A program made the translations under genes and the position numbers. Below are positions 1 through 9,414 of a stretch of DNA of 64,000 nt, piece after piece. Each line of letters begins with the position of its first letter. The first letter of the stretch is position 1. Source of the DNA: Candidatus Hodarchaeota archaeon (GTDB taxonomy: Archaea; Asgardarchaeota; Lokiarchaeia; Sigyniarchaeales; SOKP01); assembly GCA_048886685.1 (NCBI GenBank), contig JBHLKM010000002.1, positions 295,532 to 359,531 of the forward strand. The letters are read 5' to 3'. Under the pieces are notes generated by a model. The model did no database searches. It saw nothing but the letters and a program-made list of their open reading frames with translations, and was not told the origin of the DNA.

Positions 1-436
1 AGGCATGTTTTACAATTGTTTTAGCTACTAAACCAATTAATTTTTGTTTTAATTTGGAATGAACACCTTTTGCCCCTATTACTACAAAGTCAAATTTTTC
101 ATCTTCTACAATCCTTAGAATATAATCCTCAGGGTGATCTTCTTTAATAAGCCTAGTCTCAACAGATAAGTTTTCCCTATTAAAAGAATTCTGTACCTTT
201 AGCAATAATTGTTCACCTTCTTGTATAGTTTCTTCTAATAATTCTCTTTCACTTACATAAAATGAACCATAACTAGAAGGGACAATAGGCATTGCTAATA
301 ATGGAAATTTATAATGTTTAACCGAATGGACTATTACAATTTTACAATCTAATTTACTTTGAAGTTCAAATACTCTTTTAAATGCTCGTTCTGAATTTTT
401 TGAGTCATCTATTGTAAATAAGATCTTTCTGTATAT
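1..436 (-). CDS. Universal stress protein (UspA family), 3' end outside the window; probable ATA start
   Basis: Not in ORF track. Manual translation begins (I)YRKILFTIDDSKNSERAF and ends ...LIGLVAKTIVKHA at the window edge; resembles the USP at 52252..52710. GAGGTG Shine-Dalgarno 6 nt upstream of ATA. Confidence 0.8.
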   Translation of the reverse strand, partial: MYRKILFTIDDSKNSERAFKRVFELQSKLDCKIVIVHSVKHYKFPLLAMPIVPSSYGSFYVSERELLEETIQEGEQLLLKVQNSFNRENLSVETRLIKEDHPEDYILRIVEDEKFDFVVIGAKGVHSKLKQKLIGLVAKTIVKHA

Positions 437-475
437 AAAACCCACCTCTTATACTTCGTGATATTTTAATAATCT

Positions 476-752
476 CGAATAAAATTCGATCTTAACTTTT
501 TTTATTAAATTTATTATTATTCTTTCTCACGATTATTATTTATGAAATACAATATTTAAACATTCCGAAGAAGATTCGGTCAAACATGAAAAAACCGAAG
601 AAGATTCTATGAACAGTTGATGATTATACGAATATTTACGATTAAGCCGAATTTCATTCGACGGGTTTAAATAGAATGAATTATATATTTTGATTATAGA
701 ATAACGAAAGGATGACAGCTTAACCAAAAAGAAATAGACTGAATATTATTCA
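476..752. promoter_or_regulatory. Cluster of 13-bp YGAA-N5-TTCR semi-palindromes (Lrp/AsnC-type operator candidates)
   Basis: CGAATAAAATTCG 476-488, CGAAGAAGATTCG 566-578, CGAATTTCATTCG 648-660, TGAATATTATTCA 740-752, between divergent genes. Confidence 0.5.
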
Positions 753-818
753 GATTATTATAATCAAAAACTGATAATATAAAACTCGAGTTGAAAAATT
801 TCAATTCAGAAGGAAAAG

Positions 819-1073
819 ATGATTTCTATGGTAAAATGTTCTAAGTGTGGAGAAGAATATTCATTAGGAAGAAAAATTTATCATGAATGTAAAGAATATT
901 CAATATTTCATGGAGCTGTTTGTTCTGAACGCTGTATAGAACATCCTTGGAATTGTAATTCAAACAAAAAGTTAATTCCGTTACAATTAGAAATAAATGA
1001 TTATTTAACCAATGATGAAAAATATATTGATACATTTAATGGGTATTTATCATCGTTTATCTTTTTTTTCTAA
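819..1073 (+). CDS. Small Cys/His-rich, putatively Zn-binding hypothetical protein
   Basis: CSKC...HEC motif; a degenerate nucleotide copy at 7144-7182 suggests a real gene family. Confidence 0.55.
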   Translation: MISMVKCSKCGEEYSLGRKIYHECKEYSIFHGAVCSERCIEHPWNCNSNKKLIPLQLEINDYLTNDEKYIDTFNGYLSSFIFFF

Positions 1074-1370
1074 TATTAATTTCAGTTAGAAATTATGAAA
1101 TTTAGTTTTTAATTCAATTACTCATGTAAAATTAAGAAAAATTTGAGAGTCCTCCTTAATGATAATATGAAACATAAAAGAAAGAAGTATATAGAAGAAA
1201 TAATGACAAGAATTAAAATTGATGATACATTAGGCACTAAAATTTCTAAAAAACCAATAAGACAACAGATGCGGTTACAAGCCCCACATGAAAGAATTTT
1301 ATTCTTCATTTAAATTTTCTAAAAAATTTTATAAAATTTACAAAAAATAATCGATTATATTTCCCGTTTA

Positions 1371-1814
1371 TTAAACTTCAGGATGTTTTACAATTTTAAA
1401 CCAAAAATATACAATTGATTCAACAATTTTATAGAATTCCTTCATTTCTAATGGTTTTATTACATAACAATTAGCATGGAGATTATAAGCTTTTATTAAA
1501 TCCTCTTCAACATCAGATACTGTCAAAATTACAACAGGAATTCGTTTTAATTTTTCATCTTGCTTGATTTCTTGCAATACCTCAAAACCATTTTTCTTTG
1601 GTAAATTTAAATCTAAAAGAATTAAATTGGGAGTATCTACCTCAGAATATTTTCCTTTTTTCCTTAAGAAATCAATTGCTTCAACACCATCTCTAACAAT
1701 ATATAAATTATTTACAAGTTTATAATCTTGAACAATTTCCTTCGTAATACGAATATCTGCGATATTGTCTTCTACAAGTAAGATTTTAGCATCAACTTTT
1801 TTATAATCATTCAT
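1371..1814 (-). CDS. Stand-alone response regulator (Rcp1-like receiver)
   Basis: LLVED...LILLDLNLPKKNG...AYNLHANCYVIKP; directly downstream of a histidine kinase. Confidence 0.92.
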   Translation of the reverse strand: MNDYKKVDAKILLVEDNIADIRITKEIVQDYKLVNNLYIVRDGVEAIDFLRKKGKYSEVDTPNLILLDLNLPKKNGFEVLQEIKQDEKLKRIPVVILTVSDVEEDLIKAYNLHANCYVIKPLEMKEFYKIVESIVYFWFKIVKHPEV

Positions 1815-1826
1815 ATTAAAATGTAA

Positions 1827-2885
1827 TCACTCCTTAGCTTTTTTAGCTGATATAGTAAAAAAAAATGTTGATCCTTTACCAACAACAGATTCCACCCATA
1901 TATTTCCCCCATATCTTTGAACTATTTTTTTACATATGGGTAATCCTATTCCTGTACCGGGATATTCTTCTTTTGTATGTAATCGGTAAAAAATATTAAA
2001 TAAACGGTCAAAATATTTAGATTCAATACCTATACCGTTATCTTCTACCGAGAATAACCATTCTTCATTGATTCTTTTTACTCCTATATAAATTTTAGGT
2101 GACTCTTTTCTTCGAAATTTTATTGCATTACTGATAAGATTCTGAAACAATTGCATGAACTGAGTTTTATCTACTTTTAATGTTGGCATATTGTCATAAG
2201 ATATGATTGCCCCACTTTCCTTTATTGATTCTTGTAAATTAAATAATGCATCTTTTAAAATATTCTCAAGATTAGTTAATTTTGAGGGTTTGGCGTGTGT
2301 AGTGATCCTTGAATAAGCTAATAAATCCTTAATAAGAATATTCATTTTTTTTGCCCCATCTACGATAAATCGAATAAAATCTTTACCATCTTTATCTAAT
2401 TTATCTTGATATTTATCTTCTAGAAGTTGAGAAAAACTTACAATTGCTCGTAAAGGTTCTTGTAGATCATGGGATGCAACATATGCAAATTGCTGTAGAT
2501 CTTCGTTAGATCGTCTTAAATCCAACAAAATATCATTAAATTCAAGTTCTTTTTTTGATATTTGCTCAGATAGTAATGATACAACAGTCCCGATGATTAT
2601 TAATGAACTTCCTCTTAGAAAATTATTGATAGAATCAGGACTAAAGAAATCCATATATAGAATTAAATGTAAAATCACTAATACTGCTGCCAAAAAACCG
2701 GGGACTAATAAACCTTTTTTTTTCCACCATAAACATGATAATATCGAAGGAAAATAGAAAAAATGAGCCACTAGAATAGTAGTTCCCAGAATAACTTCGA
2801 AATAATAAATCAGTAAGCATGAAATTATAACTAAAATTAAAATTGTCAATATCTTTATTTTTTCTTCTTGATATTTCAATTTCAT
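1827..2885 (-). CDS. Membrane-bound sensor histidine kinase (phytochrome-like HisKA/HATPase core)
   Basis: About four N-terminal TM helices; FAYVASHDLQEPLR H-box, NLISNAIKF, DNGIGI, GTGIGL, GKGSTF. Confidence 0.93.
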   Translation of the reverse strand: MKLKYQEEKIKILTILILVIISCLLIYYFEVILGTTILVAHFFYFPSILSCLWWKKKGLLVPGFLAAVLVILHLILYMDFFSPDSINNFLRGSSLIIIGTVVSLLSEQISKKELEFNDILLDLRRSNEDLQQFAYVASHDLQEPLRAIVSFSQLLEDKYQDKLDKDGKDFIRFIVDGAKKMNILIKDLLAYSRITTHAKPSKLTNLENILKDALFNLQESIKESGAIISYDNMPTLKVDKTQFMQLFQNLISNAIKFRRKESPKIYIGVKRINEEWLFSVEDNGIGIESKYFDRLFNIFYRLHTKEEYPGTGIGLPICKKIVQRYGGNIWVESVVGKGSTFFFTISAKKAKE

Positions 2886-3185
2886 TGTAATCCTTTCTCA
2901 CATATTATTATTTATTTATTATTTTGAATCTTTGACTAGAAAATATACATATTTTTAATAATCATTTGAAAGCAAAAGTGCCATTATATATTTAAATATC
3001 ATATAGATTATATTTAATTTTTAAGAATATTATCTTGTATAGACTATATCTCATCGAATGTAGATTGGAAAAGTTTTATAAAAATCCTATTATCTATCAA
3101 GAAGAAGATCCATCCACAGGGTTTAAAAAATTTTTAATTAAATTGATTTCATCTAAAATATTGATGAAATAATTATATATTAAAT

Positions 3186-3198
3186 TGAATATTATTCA
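3186..3198. promoter_or_regulatory. TGAATATTATTCA operator candidate upstream of the REC-Lrp gene
   Basis: Identical to the site at 740-752; related copies at 6174-6186 and 7024-7036. Confidence 0.45.
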
Positions 3199-3278
3199 GC
3201 TTATAGATCAAATTGAGAATGGAATCTATTGTTATTACTAAGTTAAGTTAAATAGAAATACTATAATGGTGAGAAAAA

Positions 3279-4160
3279 ATAGAGAAAAAAAAAATTACTA
3301 TATTATTAATTGAAGATAATTCAGCTGATGTACGTCTAATTAAAGAATTTTTAAAAAAATCAATAGATTTAAGTTATGAAATAGAATCATATTCTCGACT
3401 TTCCGAAAGTCTAAATAATATTAAAACCAGAAATTATGATATAATCCTATTAGATTTGGCTCTCCCTGATAGCGACAGAGAATCTACTCTAGAGAAAGTT
3501 TTAAACGCCACGGCAGAAATTCCTATTGTCATTTTAACTGGATTAGATGATAAGGAATTTGCTTTAGAATCTCTTAAAAAAGGAGCACAAGACTATCTAA
3601 TAAAAAATGAGCTCAATGAGACCAATCTAAGTCGAGCAATCCTTTATAGCATTGAGAGACACAAAATTGAAGGTGAAAGAGTAAAAAACCGAGTTCAAAA
3701 AATACAATTTGACGAAAAAGATAAAGAAATACTTAATATATTGCAAGAAAATTATAGAATCTCTTACAAAGAATTAAGTAAAAAAGTGAATCTAGCGGCT
3801 AGTACAATCCATAACCGAGTGCAAAATATGTTAAAAGAGGGAATTATTCGTAAATTTGATACACTTATAGATCCTTTCAAAGCAGGATATGACTCAATTG
3901 CAATTCTTGGTCTTTCTGTTGACCCATTGAAATTAGAGGAGGCAGCTGAAAAATTAGCAAATTATGATGAAATTCAACTGGTAGCTACCTCAACAGGTGA
4001 CCATAATATGATCTTACGCGTTCTAGCACTAAATGAGAAAGATCTTTGGAGATTCATTAATGAAAAAATTAAAGTAATTGACGGTATTCAACCAACTATG
4101 GATGTATCAAGTTTTATTGATATTTTTAAAATGACTCATAAAATAAATTTTAAAATTTGA
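3279..4160 (+). CDS. Response regulator with receiver domain fused to an Lrp/AsnC transcription factor
   Basis: The frame of ORF 3456..4160 stays open upstream to a stop at 3270 and gives ITILLIEDNSADVRLI...DIILLDLALPD (complete receiver). C-terminal half is AsnC HTH plus effector domain. Start is ATA 3279 after GGTGA, or ATG 3266 with a frameshift in the poly-A run. Confidence 0.88.
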   Translation: MEKKKITILLIEDNSADVRLIKEFLKKSIDLSYEIESYSRLSESLNNIKTRNYDIILLDLALPDSDRESTLEKVLNATAEIPIVILTGLDDKEFALESLKKGAQDYLIKNELNETNLSRAILYSIERHKIEGERVKNRVQKIQFDEKDKEILNILQENYRISYKELSKKVNLAASTIHNRVQNMLKEGIIRKFDTLIDPFKAGYDSIAILGLSVDPLKLEEAAEKLANYDEIQLVATSTGDHNMILRVLALNEKDLWRFINEKIKVIDGIQPTMDVSSFIDIFKMTHKINFKI

Positions 4161-4221
4161 AAGAATGAAATTCTTGATTAATTTATTCAAAATTATAGAA
4201 TTTAAAACTTGTTCATAAAAA

Positions 4222-4818
4222 TCAATCTGTTATGTCTATTAATGCCACAGTGAACTTATTGTCAATCTCTTTCAAATCTAGCTTGCATTCTACAGAGTTT
4301 AAAATATGATGCATTGGTTTATTATCAATATGAAGTGTTCCCCCTAATTTGGTATAATTCAAATCCCTAGCAATTTTTATAAGATTTTTTAAAAGAAATT
4401 TTGTTATTCCTAGACCACGCCAATTTTTGTGAGTCACAAATATTAGTTCTCCTACCTTAAGATTCATTTTTTTAAATAAACAACCCATTGCCACAATAGA
4501 GTTCTCTTCTTTTTCTATATATTCTGCAACTAATACCATATCTTTATTGTAATTTATATTCACCAGAGATTTTATCTCATTAATTCCAAGCTTTTTTTTA
4601 TATGAGAAAAATCTATAAAACCAATCTTTTTCATCCAAAGAAAGGTGTAATTCTTGAACCTTTTTTTCATCATCAGGTTTTACAGGTCTGATAAATATAT
4701 TCTTTCCATTTTTGAGATTTAAAAATAGGTGATAATTTGCTGGATATTGATTAGCAACTCTATCTGTAAGTTCAGTTCTGATTAAATTTGACATGTTATC
4801 ACCAATCAGGTAAATCAA
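4222..4818 (-). CDS. GNAT-family acetyltransferase (true start possibly ATG 4794)
   Basis: IFIRPVKPDD...YRFF...WRGLGI...DNKPM, resembling Pat-type GNAT domains; immediately downstream of gdhA. Confidence 0.82.
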   Translation of the reverse strand: MIYLIGDNMSNLIRTELTDRVANQYPANYHLFLNLKNGKNIFIRPVKPDDEKKVQELHLSLDEKDWFYRFFSYKKKLGINEIKSLVNINYNKDMVLVAEYIEKEENSIVAMGCLFKKMNLKVGELIFVTHKNWRGLGITKFLLKNLIKIARDLNYTKLGGTLHIDNKPMHHILNSVECKLDLKEIDNKFTVALIDITD

Positions 4819-6143
4819 GGGAATATCCCTCTAAATTCAATAGCTTTAGCTAACCTCGCGATTGCAATCATATATGCCGCAATACGTAATGAGACATTTT
4901 TTTTTTCTGATAAATTATAAACATCTTCGAAGGTTTGAACCATAATATTCTTTAATTCATGATTTATCCTCTCTATATCCCAAAAGTAACTATGTATGTC
5001 CTGAATATATTCAAAATATGAGACGCAAACACCTCCAGCATTAGCAAGAATATCTGGAACAACTATTACACCTCTCTCATTTAAAACTTCATCTGCTTCT
5101 GGAGTAGTTGGTCCATTAGCACCCTCTAATATAATTTTACAATTTATATTTCTAGCATTTAGGTAAGTTATTTGATTTTCTATCGCAGCGGGGATTAAAA
5201 TATCACATTCTATTTCAAGAAATTGTTCATTTGGAATGATTTTATGATTCTTTTTTTTAAAATCTTTTAAAAAGTTATTTTCGTTTCTCCACTTTAGTAA
5301 TTCCTTTACATTTAAGCCTTCCCCATTATATAATCCTCCCTTAATATCTGAAATTCCTATTATTTTGGCTCCTTTTTCATATAAAATCTCAGCGATAGTT
5401 CCCCCAACATTTCCAAATCCCTGTATAACAACTTTCAAGCTCTTTAAATCTAAATTTAATTTTTTGCATAATGCATCAAGAATAAAAAATAAACCTCTTC
5501 CTGTTGCTGATTCTCTCCCAACTGAACCACCAATTTCTATTGGTTTTCCTGTAACTACTCCAGGAATGGCTCTGCCTTTGTTCATCGAATATGTATCCAT
5601 AATCCACGCCATAATTTGGGCGTTTGTGTTTATATCTGGGGCGGGAATATCTATATCTGGTCCTATAAAATTTATGATTTCAGAAGTGTATCTCCTAGTC
5701 AATCTTTCTAATTCACTTCTTGATAATTTCTTAGGATCGACACATATTCCTCCTTTTGCCCCTCCGAGAGGCAAATTTAACAAGCTACATTTCCATGTCA
5801 TCCAAGTAGCCAATGCTTTTACCTCGTCTAGATTAACATTTGGATCAAATCTTATTCCTCCTTTTCCAGGACCCCGAACTGTTGAATGATGTACCCTGTA
5901 ACCTTCAAATATCTTGAGATCTCCGTTATCCATCATAATAGGGATTGAAACAATTAAACAACGCTCCAATTTTTTAAGATATTTCCTAATATTATTATCC
6001 AATTGCATCTTTTCAGCTACAATATCAATCTGTTTTTTTGCCATTTCAAAGGGATTTGCATCTTTTAATTCCTTTTTCTTTACTTGCCCAGAATCTTCAA
6101 TTTCGTCAATAGAAACTACAACTTTTTTATAAATCGAGTTCAC
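4815..6143 (-). CDS. gdhA: Glutamate dehydrogenase (Glu/Leu/Phe/Val family)
   Basis: RGPGKGGIRF, GGAKGG, DIPAPD, VVTGKP, QGFGNVG, EGANGP, DILANAGGV. Confidence 0.95.
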   Translation of the reverse strand: MNSIYKKVVVSIDEIEDSGQVKKKELKDANPFEMAKKQIDIVAEKMQLDNNIRKYLKKLERCLIVSIPIMMDNGDLKIFEGYRVHHSTVRGPGKGGIRFDPNVNLDEVKALATWMTWKCSLLNLPLGGAKGGICVDPKKLSRSELERLTRRYTSEIINFIGPDIDIPAPDINTNAQIMAWIMDTYSMNKGRAIPGVVTGKPIEIGGSVGRESATGRGLFFILDALCKKLNLDLKSLKVVIQGFGNVGGTIAEILYEKGAKIIGISDIKGGLYNGEGLNVKELLKWRNENNFLKDFKKKNHKIIPNEQFLEIECDILIPAAIENQITYLNARNINCKIILEGANGPTTPEADEVLNERGVIVVPDILANAGGVCVSYFEYIQDIHSYFWDIERINHELKNIMVQTFEDVYNLSEKKNVSLRIAAYMIAIARLAKAIEFRGIFP

Positions 6144-7140
6144 CTTACAGTTCTTTTTTTAATATAATTCTATCGAACAATGTTCATTTAACCTATTTGT
6201 GATATATTGGGGTAGATATTCAATTCCCATTTTATATATGTTATTTACTATTTATAAATCTGTTGAATACTGTCCCGTTATCAATATAAAATAGTGAAAA
6301 TCATCCAGTATAAACCTATTTAGGAAAATTTTATTCAGTAAGCTGTCTTGTTGTGCTCTTTATTCAGAATGATAAATCTTTCCTAAGTTTTATTAGAATA
6401 GATGCGCTAACAACTGTTAGATTAAGTAAAGTTGCAGATTAAAATTATTCCAAATAGGAAATTAACAAAAAATCGTTCATATTATGAGAATTTTGTTATA
6501 ATTTATAAAAGAAATCCCATATCCATTTTAAGATCATATTTGTTCTTTAAATTCACCAGATTTCCTTTTTTACGATAATAGTGTTTCATGAAGGGAAAAG
6601 TATCCTTCATAAGGGATTTTAAAAAATTTTTAATATCTTCCCCTATAAGACCACTTTATTTGATAAATCTTTCATTTCTCAGTACCTTACCTAAATCTTC
6701 TTTTAAGGTTTCTGATTTTATAATCTTAAGAAATTTGACTTTAAAATCTTTTATAACTGCTTCTGAGATAATTTTCAAATAAATTCTTTTATAAAGACTC
6801 TTTTCTTTAGGGAAAACCATGACAACAGCTATTAAATTGAAAAATTTATACAATTTTTCTATCTCTATTATAAAACTATTTCTTTAAATTTTATGATCTT
6901 CTGTAAAACATACGATATTCCATTTTTCTATCGAATTATTTCCAATAGATTTTAATATTATGAATTATAAATGTACTGTAGATAAGGTATTAAATTCGTT
7001 TAAGATTAATAAAAAGTCAATAATGAACATTATTCAAGTCATTATTATAAAAAAATTATAACAATAGATCAATTTCTGACGAAAAGTGTCAATAAAATGG
7101 ATTTGAGTTAATGATTTTGATAATATATCCTTTATATAAT

Positions 7141-7185
7141 GGTGAATATTCATTAAGCAGGAAAATTTATCATGGCTGCAAAACT
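7141..7185 (+). pseudogene. Fragment paralogous to the 819..1073 small protein
   Basis: GEYSLSRKIYHGCK versus EEYSLGRKIYHECK; 33/39 nt identical (855-893 vs 7144-7182); no start codon. Confidence 0.55.
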
Positions 7186-7300
7186 CTTTATTTATTATTC
7201 GGTAGAGAATTATTACATTAATTATATCATAAAGAAAATTAAAAATGAAGGTGTGTAAAAGATATTTAGAAAAAAAAAAGAAAAGAAAAAGAAACTGAAA

Positions 7301-7369
7301 GAAGAAGTGAAAGAGGAAGAAGTGAAAGAGGGAGAAGTGAAAAAAGAAGAAGTGAAAAAAGAAGAAGTG
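7301..7369 (+). repeat. 15-bp tandem repeat (GAAGAAGTGAAARAR, about 4.6 copies; would encode EEVKE/EEVKK)
   Basis: Units start at 7301, 7316, 7331, 7346, 7361. Confidence 0.85.
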
Positions 7370-7396
7370 TAATTATTTGAAGAAGATATTACCTAA

Positions 7397-7579
7397 ATGA
7401 GGGCAAATGTATGTTTCATGTGTCATAAATAGGGACCTATTCTTGAAAATAATTATGTCAATAAAACACAATTGGAAAAGTTTGATTCAATGCATTTTGG
7501 TCAACCTGTTCAAGTTGTAAATAAAGAAAAGTTAGAAAATTATGAAGAATGGGAAAAATTTTTCATGAAAATAAAATAG
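7397..7579 (+). pseudogene. Small CxxC protein interrupted by an in-frame TAG
   Basis: MRANVCFMCHK*GPILENNYVNKTQLEKFDSMHFGQPVQVVNKEKL...; TAG at 7430-7432. Confidence 0.45.
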
Positions 7580-7765
7580 ATTATATCTTTCTAAGCAATT
7601 GTAATGAGAAGATTTCCTATTTCAAAAGTTACGTTCATTAGATGCGACGAATCTCAACCTTTAGAACCTGATTATACTTTACGGTATAAGGATGCATCAG
7701 AGATCCACATTAAAGAAAAAAGAGAATATTTATCAAAATTACTTTAAAATTATTAAAAAATACTT

Positions 7766-8263
7766 ATGTCTAAGATTAAGTTTGAAGAAAATCAGATTAT
7801 AATTAGAAATTATAAAACCTCTGATTATCACGCTACATTAGAAATATTAAAACAACTTCATGATCTATATGATATCAAATTAAATGAAAATCAATGGAGA
7901 CAATCGTCTGGTCTTAGACAATTTAAACCAAATTTTAAAAGAATTACATTGATTGCTGAACTAAAATCTACTAATGAAATTATAGGTTTGGGAATGATTG
8001 AAGCTTCAAAAAATCCCTTAGGTCAATATATTGGATACTTGGATAATTGGGCAATTAAAAAAGAATTCATCGGAAAACAACTAGGTAGAATCTTGGCAGA
8101 TAAAGCAATTCAAATATTAAAATCATGGGGTTGTGAATCAATTAGAATCAATCTTGGCTATGGCGCTCCAGAAAAATTGCTTAAACTATTTGGACAAATT
8201 GGATTTAATCCTATTATAATTGTGTTGGAAAGAAGATTTATTAATGGAGGTAAAGAATGTTGA
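7766..8263 (+). CDS. GNAT-family acetyltransferase
   Basis: IIRNY...IGKQLGRILADKAIQILKSWGCESIRI; close paralogue of 43694..44221. Confidence 0.8.
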   Translation: MSKIKFEENQIIIRNYKTSDYHATLEILKQLHDLYDIKLNENQWRQSSGLRQFKPNFKRITLIAELKSTNEIIGLGMIEASKNPLGQYIGYLDNWAIKKEFIGKQLGRILADKAIQILKSWGCESIRINLGYGAPEKLLKLFGQIGFNPIIIVLERRFINGGKEC

Positions 8264-8460
8264 AAGTAAAAAATACGATATCAGCTGAAGTGTTTATGCC
8301 GCAATTATTATCAGAGGGTAAATATTTTTGGATTAAGGTGAGATTTTTGTACGGGTTTCATGATAAAATCATTGGAGCAATTGAGACAATTCCTGAAATA
8401 ACTAAATATAAAATAACTGAACAGAAATTAGAAGAATTAGAAAAAAGTAAAAATAAATAA
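8257..8460 (+). CDS. Hypothetical protein
   Basis: GGAGGT SD, overlaps the previous stop, operon-like position. Confidence 0.5.
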   Translation: MLKVKNTISAEVFMPQLLSEGKYFWIKVRFLYGFHDKIIGAIETIPEITKYKITEQKLEELEKSKNK

Positions 8461-8496
8461 GATATACTGAAAATTAATAAGAAATTAGTGATTTAA

Positions 8497-8781
8497 TTGG
8501 AAGAGATTGTTATTCGAATCTTGATAAAAGAAGATCCTGAAAATACTTGTGCAAAATGTTGTAAAACTATGCAAGCTGTTGAAAAAATGATGAACACAGT
8601 TAATATTTTCAAGGATAAAGTTGAAATTATATATCAGGATGTGACATCTAATGAGATTATTGAAGAATATGGAAACCTTGAACCACCTGTAATATTCATA
8701 AATGGAATATTGTTTACTACGGGACATGTTCCTATTATAAAAAAGCTTGGAAAAAAAATATTTGAAATGTTAAATGAATAA
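8497..8781 (+). CDS. Small thioredoxin-family redox-active disulfide protein (MTH895-like)
   Basis: CAKC motif, YGNLEPPVIFING...GHVP cis-Pro region. Confidence 0.78.
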   Translation: MEEIVIRILIKEDPENTCAKCCKTMQAVEKMMNTVNIFKDKVEIIYQDVTSNEIIEEYGNLEPPVIFINGILFTTGHVPIIKKLGKKIFEMLNE

Positions 8782-9179
8782 ATTAGTTTTAATATGAATT
8801 TAAAATTTGAAATGTCCATATCTCATCCAAATCTCTGATCGAGTTCGATCAATATGTCCACCCGTTATAAAAATTAATCATATAATATTATTTACTTTAA
8901 CCTTTTGTATAAGCTGTCTTTTCCTTAATTCCACACAGAGGTAATTCACAGAGATTTAATTTATTTTTTTGTCTTTTAAATTCCTTTTCCATTTCTTTTT
9001 CTAATTCTTCACTCGTTATATGTGTATTATAAATCTTCATATTATATCATCTCTTTATTTTCAGTTAAAAATCATATTTTACTATATTTTAATCGATTTT
9101 ATTAAGATCTTAAATTAACTTCATTTTTCGGTTTTAAAAAGTATGAAATTTTATTGTACTTCTCTTTTTTTTCTATGTT

Positions 9180-9395
9180 TTATTTTTGCATCCAGATCGA
9201 TATTGCGAAAGGATTTGAATTAATCTCCAAATTGTCTGAATTATGATTTAATTTATTTAATCTACCTTGTTTATCAATAAAAACACAGGGAGCTATTTCT
9301 ACTATTATTAGTTCTGGATTTACATTATAATTTCCATTATAATCTTCAAAGCATTTTTTATATTTTAATTTATTATTCATAATCTCTCTTTTCAT
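9180..9395 (-). CDS. Hypothetical protein
   Basis: ATG 19 nt downstream of the FrhB-fusion stop, GAGGGT SD-like sequence. Confidence 0.4.
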   Translation of the reverse strand: MKREIMNNKLKYKKCFEDYNGNYNVNPELIIVEIAPCVFIDKQGRLNKLNHNSDNLEINSNPFAISIWMQK

Positions 9396-9414
9396 TACTT
9401 ATTCAACCCTCTTT

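Noticed and set aside
5365-6132. Antisense and overlapping ORFs in the track (e.g. 5365..5889, 13646..13936, 31795..32283, 45480..45980, 51132..51533, 63465..63890)
   Set aside because: They are shadows of well-supported genes on the opposite strand or frame, with no motifs.
7301-7369. CRISPR array
   Set aside because: Contiguous 15-bp units without spacers; no cas genes.
7430-7432. In-frame TAG as pyrrolysine
   Set aside because: Single case in a decayed region, not a methylamine methyltransferase, and no pyl genes in the window.
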